Shown: positions 18,900 through 26,498, counted from the stretch's first letter. The stretch is DNA of 34,199 bases from a virus (IMGVR_UViG_3300032303_000855:1-34199); one strand, 5' to 3'. Notes: generated by a model not told the origin, from the sequence alone. Translations and numbers: made by a program.

Positions 18900-19066
18900 A
18901 GCGTTTTCGTGAGTTTGCATCAGATATGGCTAATCAGATTTGGACATTTGTGGGCTTATTCGTTGGCTGGCTAGTTCTCACCGGATCAGCCAAGACAGTC
19001 GTTGGTTACGCAATCATCGCGTCATTCATCGGTTGGGTCATCACATTCCCACTCCGCAACCCCTGA
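18896..19066 (+). CDS. 56-aa two-TM membrane protein (not in ORF track)
   Basis: Strong RBS AAGGAGG, ATGA overlap; MKRFREFASDMANQIWTFVGLFVGWLVLTGSAKTVVGYAIIASFIGWVITFPLRNP. Confidence 0.8.
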   Translation: MKRFREFASDMANQIWTFVGLFVGWLVLTGSAKTVVGYAIIASFIGWVITFPLRNP

Positions 19067-19080
19067 GCAAAGGAATAACC

Positions 19081-19326
19081 ATGAGAATCATCAAAGACAT
19101 CATTCTGCGCATCATCGCGACATTCATCATTGGAGCACTCGGCACTATCGGAGCAGCCTCCATCTTTGGCATTGATGTATGGAAGGCAGCCTCAGTTGCT
19201 GGCCTACTAGCGACAATGGACGTCATCGCCGAGCTTTCACGCTTCTATGTGGCCGATGGCAAGTTGTCTGAAAAGGAAATCAACCACGCATTTGCAAAAG
19301 CAACAAAGACCGAGGGGACAAAGTAA
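19081..19326 (+). CDS. Putative holin
   Basis: ATG at 19081 after AAGGA; 1-2 TM segments, charged C-terminus; stop overlaps the endolysin start. Confidence 0.65.
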   Translation: MRIIKDIILRIIATFIIGALGTIGAASIFGIDVWKAASVAGLLATMDVIAELSRFYVADGKLSEKEINHAFAKATKTEGTK

Positions 19327-19820
19327 TGGGACAACGCTATCAAGTAGCAACCGCTGCTCGCGCTGAGTTGGGGTATATCGAGACCGGCGAGAATCACACC
19401 AAGTATCAAAAGACAGACCAGCCTTGGTGCGGTGCGTTCGTCAACTGGATTTTTAAGAATGTGGGAGTAAAGATTCCTGACTGCACCTCAACCCTGGCAG
19501 GTGCAACAGCCTTCCAAAAGAAGAAGGCTTGGCAAGATGCCGAAGGTGCTACACCTCAAGTTGGTGACCTGGTGTTCTTTGACTTCCCGGGCGACGGCGT
19601 GGATCGAATCAGTCACATTGGAATCGTGGTCAAGAACAACGAAGATGGCACTGTCAACACTATTGAAGGCAACACCGCACCTGATAAAAAAGGCGACCAG
19701 CGCAATGGCGGGGAAGTCTGCCTGAAAGTTCGAGCATTTAACAAAAAGAATCGCAGCGCTCTCAAGCCATCTTTGCCTGTATTCATTGTCGGTTTTGGAT
19801 TGCCTCCTTTCACTGACTAA
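19326..19820 (+). CDS. Endolysin, CHAP domain
   Basis: PWCGAFV (Cys), GDLVFF, SHIGIV (His), TIEGN; no obvious cell-wall-binding domain. Confidence 0.9.
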   Translation: MGQRYQVATAARAELGYIETGENHTKYQKTDQPWCGAFVNWIFKNVGVKIPDCTSTLAGATAFQKKKAWQDAEGATPQVGDLVFFDFPGDGVDRISHIGIVVKNNEDGTVNTIEGNTAPDKKGDQRNGGEVCLKVRAFNKKNRSALKPSLPVFIVGFGLPPFTD

Positions 19821-20194
19821 TGATGCAAACTAAGAAGTGCCAATATTGTGCAAAAGTGAAGGAATTTCATCACTTTTCCCGCAATATACGCACCTCGGAT
19901 GGGCGCAGGGATGAGTGCAATGAGTGTCGAAATGCCAAGCGCAAGGTAATTCGCGCTGTTGACTATGACGCTTTATTTGTAGCACAAAATGGCAAATGTG
20001 CTATTTGCAACATTGACGCTGAAACCTACGGCAAACGTTTCTCCATCGATCACGACCATAGCAATGTCGAGAATCCAATTCGAGCTTTGCTCTGCGCACA
20101 CTGCAACACCTTGATTGGGATGGCTGATGACTCAGTTGAAATCCTGGCTCAAGCAATTGGATATTTGAAACACCACGAAATCAAACTCATCTAG
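19820..20194 (+). CDS. Endonuclease VII-like HNH nuclease with N-terminal Zn finger
   Basis: CQYC...CNEC, QNGKCAIC, IDHDH, RALLCAHCNTLIG. Confidence 0.88.
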   Translation: MMQTKKCQYCAKVKEFHHFSRNIRTSDGRRDECNECRNAKRKVIRAVDYDALFVAQNGKCAICNIDAETYGKRFSIDHDHSNVENPIRALLCAHCNTLIGMADDSVEILAQAIGYLKHHEIKLI

Positions 20195-20202
20195 GGGAGA
20201 GC

Positions 20203-20460
20203 ATGAACAGGGAAGAGATACTCAACGAGGCACTACGCCTGACATCAACGGATCGACAAAAGAACTATGGGACACCGCTTATCAATCATCAGCGGATTGC
20301 CGATATATGGAAAGTCATTCTTGACATGGATATAACGCCATCGCAAGTGGCTTTGTGCATGGTTGGCGTCAAACTCGCAAGGCTTGTTGAAACGCCAACG
20401 CACATGGATTCCTTTGTGGATATGGCAGCTTATGCCAGCATTGCCGGTGAAATTGTATGA
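20203..20460 (+). CDS. DUF6378-like phage protein
   Basis: DRQKNYG, RIADIW, VALCM..VKLAR, DSFVDMAAYA. Confidence 0.8.
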   Translation: MNREEILNEALRLTSTDRQKNYGTPLINHQRIADIWKVILDMDITPSQVALCMVGVKLARLVETPTHMDSFVDMAAYASIAGEIV

Positions 20461-21134
20461 GCATGGCAGTCATCATTCCAAGCAGAGGCAGACCTTCTAA
20501 CATAGAAGATTTACTTATTGCGTGGAAGGAAACTGAAACTAAGGCTGACTTGTTTGTAGTTGTTGACAATGATGATCCGACAATTGACGCCTACCGGGAA
20601 CTTCCAGGGTTCACTCTTCTTGTGTATCCACGCGAAGGCAAGGGAATGGCCAAGCCGCTTAATCGCGCAGCTCGTGAAATTATCAGCACTGGCGATTACG
20701 CATTCTTTGCATTCATCGGCGACGACCACAGGCCACGCACTCAGCATTGGGATGCCAAGTTAATGAATGCACTCGATGAGATAGGCACAGGCATCGCCTA
20801 CGGCAACGACCTTCTCCAAGGAGAAGGTTTGCCAACGGCTGTTGCCATGAGCGCAGACATAGTCCAGGCACTTGGCGGCATGACACCGCCTGACATGATT
20901 CACTTATACCTGGACAACTTTTGGCTGAAACTAGGTCAAGACACTGCGATTGCTTATCTTCCTGAAGTCATCATCGAGCATCTCCACCCTACAAACGGCA
21001 AAGCCCAATGGGACGAGGGATATCGCGCTGTTAATGCAGACGAGGTCTATTCCGCTGATGCCAAGGCTTTTCACGAATACATCGCCAGCGACCTCTATCA
21101 ATATCTCTTGCAGGATTTACGAGACCAGGCATGA
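20457..21134 (+). CDS. GT2-like glycosyltransferase
   Basis: VIIPSRGRP, VDNDD, FIGDDH (xDD), HLYLDN, IEHLH. Confidence 0.85.
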   Translation: MSMAVIIPSRGRPSNIEDLLIAWKETETKADLFVVVDNDDPTIDAYRELPGFTLLVYPREGKGMAKPLNRAAREIISTGDYAFFAFIGDDHRPRTQHWDAKLMNALDEIGTGIAYGNDLLQGEGLPTAVAMSADIVQALGGMTPPDMIHLYLDNFWLKLGQDTAIAYLPEVIIEHLHPTNGKAQWDEGYRAVNADEVYSADAKAFHEYIASDLYQYLLQDLRDQA

Positions 21135-21147
21135 TGTTGCCTTGCAA

Positions 21148-22008
21148 ATGAGAATCCTCATCACAGGCGACGCTGGCTTTGTTGGTCGCAACTTTAAGCG
21201 TCACCTAGAAGGCCACGACATTACCGGCGTGGATATAGTCAACGGCATCGATACTCGCGACTTCTTCCGCACTGATGACACCCATTTTGACCAAGTCATT
21301 CACCTGGCAGCAGTTGTCGGTGGGCGCAAGATGATTGAAGGCTCGCCACTTGCCCTGGCTGTCGATCTCGCCATCGATGCAGAAATGTTCGGTTGGGCGC
21401 TACGCACCAAGCCAAAGAACATCACCTATTTTTCCTCATCTGCTGCATATCCAACTTTCTTGCAAGCACCAGGAATGCCATCAATTCGTTTGGAAGAATC
21501 ATTTATTGATTTGTCATACATCCAAACACCTGATTTAACTTACGGATGGGCAAAGCTGACAGGGGAGATGTTGGCAGTTCACGCAAGAGCGCAAGGATTG
21601 AAAGTGCAAGTCTTTCGTCCATTCTCGGGTTACGGATCAGACCAGGCACTTGATTACCCATTTCCATCATTTATTGCTCGTGGCTTGAGTAAGGCAAATC
21701 CTTTTGAAATATGGGGCGATGGCACTCAAGTGCGCGATTTTATCCATATCGATGACATCGTCCAGGCGGTGCTTACGGCTTGGGAGACTGACATTGAGAC
21801 AGTCAACCTTGCTACCGGCAGACCGACATCCTTCAATGACTTGGCTCGCCTAGTGGCAGATGCTGTTGGCTATGCGCCAGCAGTGCGCCATTTAGAGGCA
21901 GAGCCGGTTGGCGTTGCCTACCGAGTAGGCGATGCCAAACTGATGAAAACCTTCTACACACCAAAGATTTCTTTGGAAGAAGGAATTCATTTGGCTCTCG
22001 CCAACTAG
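21148..22008 (+). CDS. NAD-dependent NDP-sugar epimerase/dehydratase (extended SDR)
   Basis: ILITGDAGFVG, IHLAA, FSSSAAY, YGWAK (YxxxK), GDGTQVRDFIHIDD. Start placed at ATG 21148. Confidence 0.93.
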   Translation: MRILITGDAGFVGRNFKRHLEGHDITGVDIVNGIDTRDFFRTDDTHFDQVIHLAAVVGGRKMIEGSPLALAVDLAIDAEMFGWALRTKPKNITYFSSSAAYPTFLQAPGMPSIRLEESFIDLSYIQTPDLTYGWAKLTGEMLAVHARAQGLKVQVFRPFSGYGSDQALDYPFPSFIARGLSKANPFEIWGDGTQVRDFIHIDDIVQAVLTAWETDIETVNLATGRPTSFNDLARLVADAVGYAPAVRHLEAEPVGVAYRVGDAKLMKTFYTPKISLEEGIHLALAN

Positions 22009-22041
22009 AGTCACACCTCGCCTGATTCGTTGGCGTTAATA

Positions 22042-22089
22042 GAAAAAACCCCCTGACCATCTGTGAAGATGCAATCAGGGGGTTTTTTC
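22042..22089. terminator. Bidirectional intrinsic terminator between converging operons
   Basis: GAAAAAACCCCCTGA ... TCAGGGGGTTTTTTC with inner CATCT-gtga-AGATG hairpin; A6 and T6 tails. Confidence 0.9.
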
Positions 22090-22102
22090 GCCTTGAAAGG
22101 GT

Positions 22103-22231
22103 CTATTCGAGCCATTCTAGGAGTAAATGAATAATGATGGCGCTGACGGATGTGTGTTCCTTTTTTGCCTTGGCTTGGACTTGCTTCCATAACTTGTCAG
22201 GGATGCGTACTGAACGCGCAGGGGTCTGCAT
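22103..22231 (-). CDS. 42-aa ribbon-helix-helix DNA-binding protein (not in ORF track)
   Basis: MQTPARSVRIPDKLWKQVQAKAKKEHTSVSAIIIHLLLEWLE has the Arc/CopG pattern; TAATG-coupled to the upstream gene. Confidence 0.8.
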   Translation of the reverse strand: MQTPARSVRIPDKLWKQVQAKAKKEHTSVSAIIIHLLLEWLE

Positions 22232-22386
22232 TATGCGCCTACCTTTGAGCGAGGAATAGTGCGATTTAATTCTTCCCAATCGGCTTTGAGCATTGCGCCA
22301 TCGTATTCATTGCAAGGAACGCAATGGGTGTTATTGGTCATCTGAGTGTCGCAATAGACACACATCCAAATCTCTTTGTCAGCCAT
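22231..22386 (-). CDS. 51-aa Zn-ribbon protein (not in ORF track)
   Basis: MADKEIWMCVYCDTQMTNNTHCVPCNEYDG...; CxxC-x9-CxxC; TAATG overlaps at both ends. Confidence 0.72.
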   Translation of the reverse strand: MADKEIWMCVYCDTQMTNNTHCVPCNEYDGAMLKADWEELNRTIPRSKVGA

Positions 22387-22778
22387 TATTTGCCCCCATA
22401 GGTAGGAACGAAGCCTTCTTGTGCTTCTTTGTAGAGTTGGGCAACAGTAATTGGATTGTTCGCAAACATCTCAACAAGGTCTGCCTTGGTTAAATTTACA
22501 GTCGCAAGTTCCTCTTCTTCAATTCCTAGAAAATCCAAATCAATTTTCTTGGAGATTGCCATTTGAAACATCGCAAGAAGGCAAACCACGCTCTCTTCAT
22601 CGTATTCCTCGGTGATGAAAGCCTTCGACACCTCATCGATATTTGTTTCTTGATTGATTTCAACCGCTTTATCAATCACAAGGTTTGAGACATAGGGAAG
22701 TGCGTGGGCAAAATTCCACATCCAACAATTGATGTTTTCGCCCATAATCTTCTTGAATTGTGCTTCTTTGTTGCTCAT
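22386..22778 (-). CDS. Acidic hypothetical protein
   Basis: ORF in the coupled leftward operon; ATG at 22778 overlaps the upstream stop. Confidence 0.72.
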   Translation of the reverse strand: MSNKEAQFKKIMGENINCWMWNFAHALPYVSNLVIDKAVEINQETNIDEVSKAFITEEYDEESVVCLLAMFQMAISKKIDLDFLGIEEEELATVNLTKADLVEMFANNPITVAQLYKEAQEGFVPTYGGK

Positions 22779-23071
22779 AGTGCCACCAACTCTGCTGTCT
22801 GAGTCCATAATTCAACTACAATGGCTTGTATCGAGCCTAAATCCTCAAATGAACCGCAACCTAATTCACGACCTTCAATGTCTATTGCATTCCATGTGTA
22901 TCCACACTCGTCGTCAAGGCTATCGCCGAAAGCAATTTGAATTGACATGTCCTTTTTGCTAATTGCGATATACCCTGGATATTCCCAAGTAACGGAAAAA
23001 TCTTGTGGCTCACTAATTTGCACTGCTTTCAATACTTCCTGAATGTCTATCTTGTTCTTTACTTCAGTCAT
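22775..23071 (-). CDS. Hypothetical protein, first gene of the leftward operon
   Basis: ATG at 23071 preceded by AAGGGGGA; downstream of the predicted promoter. Confidence 0.72.
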   Translation of the reverse strand: MTEVKNKIDIQEVLKAVQISEPQDFSVTWEYPGYIAISKKDMSIQIAFGDSLDDECGYTWNAIDIEGRELGCGSFEDLGSIQAIVVELWTQTAELVAL

Positions 23072-23115
23072 TCTGATCCCCCTTGCTAGTACCTGACCGC
23101 TTTGGCCATACCCCA

Positions 23116-23152
23116 ACCATAGCGCCTGTACATACATTGTCAATACAGGCGC
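23116..23152 (-). promoter_or_regulatory. Leftward sigma70-type promoter overlapped by a 9-bp inverted repeat (putative operator)
   Basis: Minus strand TTGACA-N16-TATGGT; GCGCCTGTA (23122-23130) and TACAGGCGC (23144-23152) flank the -35. Confidence 0.7.
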
Positions 23153-23168
23153 AACACCTATTTTGGGA

Positions 23169-24077
23169 CTATTTTTGACCCGATTGCCAGTCAATGTCGC
23201 TCAGTAAGGCGCTCATAATCCTGGACTCCTCGCCATTGGATAGGTCGGCATATCGGGCTGTGACCACAGGGGAGGCGTGGCGCATCAGGCGCTGAGTCGT
23301 AATCAGATTGCCTCCTGAAGCTGCAAGGACACTGGTGGCAAAGAAATGCCTGGTCGAATGCAGACTGAGCCTGGATTCCGACCCTGACGAGCGTGTGGCG
23401 ATGCCTAGACGTCGCATCTCAAGATTGGCAAGGCGTGAGAGGTAGTTGGGTTCAACGGCATACAGGCGTCCCAAGACATTCTTCGACTGGATTAGTTCGA
23501 CCAATTTTGAATGACAGGGAATGAGCAGGTCTGTGTCTCCTTTGCCAAAGATGCGCAGGAAGTAGTTGCCATTGTGCTGCTCAAGCCAATCGCCTCTGAT
23601 TCGGCTCATCTCAATCGCTCGCAGCCCTGCCAGGCAGCCAAGCATGAACCACTCACGCATCGGTTCTCTTGCGGTCATCATCAGCATGGTTGCTTGTTCT
23701 CGACTGATAGGTCGAGGGGTATGTCTCGCAACCTTGACCTTGGGCAAACCTTCCTCGGGATGATGATCCAAGGGGATAATGCCAAGCATCCGCATTGTGT
23801 TAAATAAAGACTTGATTCGGGCTGTATAAGTCTCTCGTGAGGCTTGAGTCTTACCTTTGAGCACCTTGACTAGCAAATCTTGCAGAAAGACCTCTGAGGG
23901 GTGTTTGTGGCCACATATATCGCGAAGGATGGCAAAGTCATTCATATAGATTTCCCTTGACCAACCGGCATATTCATACCGAGCAGCCAAGAGCATTCCC
24001 ACATTCTCATGCCAGGGTTGCGTGAATTCAGGCAGCCTGATGAATATCTCAGGCATCAATGACTCTTCATCGAACAC
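23169..24077 (-). CDS. int: Tyrosine recombinase/integrase
   Basis: GLRAIE (R), GKG (K), LHSTRH (HxxR), MRHAS (H), TARY (Y). GTG at 24077 with AAGGAG preferred; the ORF is open up to 24257. Confidence 0.92.
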   Translation of the reverse strand: MFDEESLMPEIFIRLPEFTQPWHENVGMLLAARYEYAGWSREIYMNDFAILRDICGHKHPSEVFLQDLLVKVLKGKTQASRETYTARIKSLFNTMRMLGIIPLDHHPEEGLPKVKVARHTPRPISREQATMLMMTAREPMREWFMLGCLAGLRAIEMSRIRGDWLEQHNGNYFLRIFGKGDTDLLIPCHSKLVELIQSKNVLGRLYAVEPNYLSRLANLEMRRLGIATRSSGSESRLSLHSTRHFFATSVLAASGGNLITTQRLMRHASPVVTARYADLSNGEESRIMSALLSDIDWQSGQK

Positions 24078-24521
24078 CGCATCACGCTCCTTTGCGTAAC
24101 TTGTAGGCGCACCACCTCTCGGCGGAAGAGAGATATTAGTCACAACGTTAGGAATTTGTAAGGGGTCAATTTCAGGGGTGACCCTGGAGTTGAGGTTGAG
24201 ATATTCAAAATTATCTCGGCGAGTTGCTTGATTAGGAATGGGTAGTTCATTTAACATACGCGGAATCGATTCAGTAGTGGAGAACTACTAGATTGCGGAG
24301 AAATGCGCCTCAGAGCTTCCAAACTCTGATCCTGCTAGTCAATCAACATTTTGACATTTTGTGTCCGAATGTGGAAATTCTAGCAAATTGGACATTTCAG
24401 CAACCTGGTCGTTAACCACCCTACACCACAGGGGGCAAAGACATGGGGATTTTCCTACATTCTTTTGAGGATTCATTTCCCAATAAATCTGTGCGAATCG
24501 GTAATTCACTCAAATCATTCA

Positions 24522-24566
24522 ACTCCACCGACTTTGCCATGCCCCCATGTGCTCAGTCGGTGGAGT
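24522..24566 (+). promoter_or_regulatory. Stem-loop with C-rich apex upstream of the early rightward operon
   Basis: ACTCCACCGACT / AGTCGGTGGAGT 12-bp perfect stem; apex CATG-CCCC-CATG. Confidence 0.7.
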
Positions 24567-24587
24567 CATTTAAGGGGGCAAAAAATC

Positions 24588-24731
24588 ATGGGAATAATCA
24601 TCGCAGCGATAGTAGGAGTCTCGGCTGTTCTTCCGTTACTTCTCAAATTGGAGTCATGGCTTAACAAGGACGACGAGTTCCTTGAAGTAAAAGATTGGCA
24701 CAACTTCACCTCCGTCATGGAGAAGAAGTAA
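24588..24731 (+). CDS. 47-aa single-TM membrane protein
   Basis: ATG at 24588 after AAGGGGG; MGIIIAAIVGVSAVLPLLL then a charged tail. Confidence 0.7.
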   Translation: MGIIIAAIVGVSAVLPLLLKLESWLNKDDEFLEVKDWHNFTSVMEKK

Positions 24732-24974
24732 ATGGGCATCGATGTAGCACCTTTGACAGTTGCCTGGCTTTTGTTCATATTCAGCGCCTCCGCCTTTGGT
24801 TACCTCATCGGCGCTTACCGCGAATGGGATCGAGCCAACACCACGCGCAGCCAGCTTTTCCTCGAATTAGAGGATTCCTATCGCGAGGCAGACGAATTAC
24901 GCACCATCATCTTTGAATCCAACCTTGGCCGTTCCCAAGGTTTCAATCCTGCGCAAAGGCTGACCTCTATCTAA
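24732..24974 (+). CDS. Single-TM plus coiled-coil protein
   Basis: Hydrophobic N-terminus; abuts neighbours on both sides. Confidence 0.7.
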   Translation: MGIDVAPLTVAWLLFIFSASAFGYLIGAYREWDRANTTRSQLFLELEDSYREADELRTIIFESNLGRSQGFNPAQRLTSI

Positions 24975-25327
24975 TGAGCAAAGCCAAAGCGAAAGGCACT
25001 GCTGCCGAGAGCGCCCTGGTCAAATTCCTGTCGGGACAGGGGTTTCCCTATGCGGAACGACGGGCGCTCTCCGGCAGCAATGACATGGGAGACATCACTG
25101 GCACTCCATGCCTGGCATGGGAAGTCAAGAACCATAAGTCATACGCCATTCCTGCTTGGCTTAAAGAGACAGCAATTGAGAAGGACAACGCGGGTGCTGA
25201 CTTCGGCATTCTCGTAGCAAAGCCCAACGGCATCGGACTTTCACATGTCGGTGACTGGTGGGCAATCATGCGAGTGGCAGACATTGTTGATTTGCTCCGC
25301 GCCGCAGGTTACGGAGACCCTAAGTGA
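24974..25327 (+). CDS. Holliday junction resolvase (Hjc-like PD-(D/E)XK)
   Basis: KAKGTAAE, AERR, DMGDI, WEVKN. Confidence 0.85.
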   Translation: MSKAKAKGTAAESALVKFLSGQGFPYAERRALSGSNDMGDITGTPCLAWEVKNHKSYAIPAWLKETAIEKDNAGADFGILVAKPNGIGLSHVGDWWAIMRVADIVDLLRAAGYGDPK

Positions 25328-25728
25328 TCCTCCGTCGCGTCGTGGATTTTCCACGCTTTCCCTTTGCTAAATGTACAGGAGAGATTGCCGATTTCTTCTT
25401 TCCTGAAAGTAAAGCTGAATTGAAGGAATCGCTACCGATGCTGCAATCTATTTGCAAATCATGCGCTCACGAAAAAGAGTGTTTGCAATACGCACTCGAT
25501 AACGAAATCACACATGGTTTTTGGGGTGGAAAGACAAGTGAAGAACGCACCCTAATTGCAATCCATCATCCAAAAGAAAAGAAGAAAGAACCATCCCGAC
25601 TTGAAGAAGTCTTGCATTTGCAAGCGTCAGGTTGGTCTATTGAGGCAATTGCCAGGTCGTCAAGCGTATCGACAGCAGCGGTCAAACGACTGCTTGAGCG
25701 CGCTCGAAAGAAGGGTCACATTCAATGA
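25324..25728 (+). CDS. whiB: WhiB-family transcription factor with C-terminal HTH
   Basis: C...FFP...CKSC-x5-C, GFWGG, EER; then GWSIEAIA..SSVSTAAVKR. Confidence 0.88.
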   Translation: MILRRVVDFPRFPFAKCTGEIADFFFPESKAELKESLPMLQSICKSCAHEKECLQYALDNEITHGFWGGKTSEERTLIAIHHPKEKKKEPSRLEEVLHLQASGWSIEAIARSSSVSTAAVKRLLERARKKGHIQ

Positions 25729-26171
25729 ATAAACAAGTTATGCGTTTCGGAGTATTTATCGGTTCACTCGCAATCTTTTCCATCATCTTTAATTCCATCA
25801 CCTTGTCAACAATCATCGGACAAGAAAAAGTTACACACAAAGTTGTGCAAGTCAAAGAAGTTGTCTTGCTCACCGACAAGCAGCGGATCAATTTGTTGAT
25901 TGACGAGCTACTTACGCCAACATCGGCTCGATGCTTTCGTCAAATTCTCAAGCATGAGTCGCACTTTAATCCGAAAGCAAAGAATCCAAACTCTTCCGCA
26001 CGAGGCGTTGGTCAGTTGCTTTCAAGCACTTACCGAAATTTAGGGCTACGTCATAGCAATGACGGAACTGCACAGACAGTTGCCGCACTTGCGTATGTGG
26101 GTCGTAAATACGGAGGAAAGAACGCTACATGCGCCGCATGGAAGCACTGGCAAGACAAGAAATGGTTCTAG
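25725..26171 (+). CDS. Membrane-anchored lytic transglycosylase (SLT-like)
   Basis: N-terminal TM; HES.FNPKA.N..SSARG.GQ, Y...KYG...C.AW. Confidence 0.82.
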   Translation: MNKQVMRFGVFIGSLAIFSIIFNSITLSTIIGQEKVTHKVVQVKEVVLLTDKQRINLLIDELLTPTSARCFRQILKHESHFNPKAKNPNSSARGVGQLLSSTYRNLGLRHSNDGTAQTVAALAYVGRKYGGKNATCAAWKHWQDKKWF

Positions 26172-26180
26172 GGGGAATCC

Positions 26181-26498
26181 ATGTCAGTACAAATAAACGC
26201 ACAAATGTGTGACCTTGACGCTACGGCAGCAGCCTGGCTTGAGGCATACATTGAAGCAAAAGCAAAGATGAAGGAATACACCGAGAAGGCTGACCGCGCT
26301 CAAGAGCAAGTCAAAGCCGCTTTGGGTGATTGCGAAATTGGCCTAGTCAATGGTCGTGAAGCAATTCGCTGGTCAACTATTGAGTCAAAGAGAATCGATG
26401 TCACAAAACTTCGCTCTTTGCTGCCACAGCAAGTGCTCGACCTTGTCGAAGTCACATCAGTCACACGCCGGTTCTCAATCGTTGATGGTGACGAATGA
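26181..26498 (+). CDS. Hypothetical protein (coiled coil, recombination-associated)
   Basis: RBS AGGGGGA; coupled to the exonuclease gene. Confidence 0.7.
   Translation: MSVQINAQMCDLDATAAAWLEAYIEAKAKMKEYTEKADRAQEQVKAALGDCEIGLVNGREAIRWSTIESKRIDVTKLRSLLPQQVLDLVEVTSVTRRFSIVDGDE

Noticed and set aside
20950-21147. Upstream extensions in the ORF track (epimerase; also 1953, 6399, 15160, 18940, 27109, 29130)
   Set aside because: They overlap upstream genes or hairpins; downstream starts have better RBS or coupling and match domain starts.
24078-24257. 60-codon N-terminal extension of the integrase
   Set aside because: No recognisable domain or SD at 24257, while the GTG at 24077 has AAGGAG; left out but not excluded.
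24310-24329. TCAGAG-CTTCCAAA-CTCTGA resembles a tRNA-Gly(TCC) anticodon arm (possible attP core)
   Set aside because: The loop is 8 nt rather than 7 and no T arm or acceptor follows; cannot be called a tRNA fragment or att site without a host match.
24351-24420. TTGACA at 24351 as the rightward early promoter
   Set aside because: No convincing -10 at 16-18 nt spacing.
24443-24664. 73-aa ORF as a protein-coding gene
   Set aside because: Good RBS, but the sequence is not protein-like and overlaps the 24588 gene by 77 nt; treated only as a possible regulatory leader.
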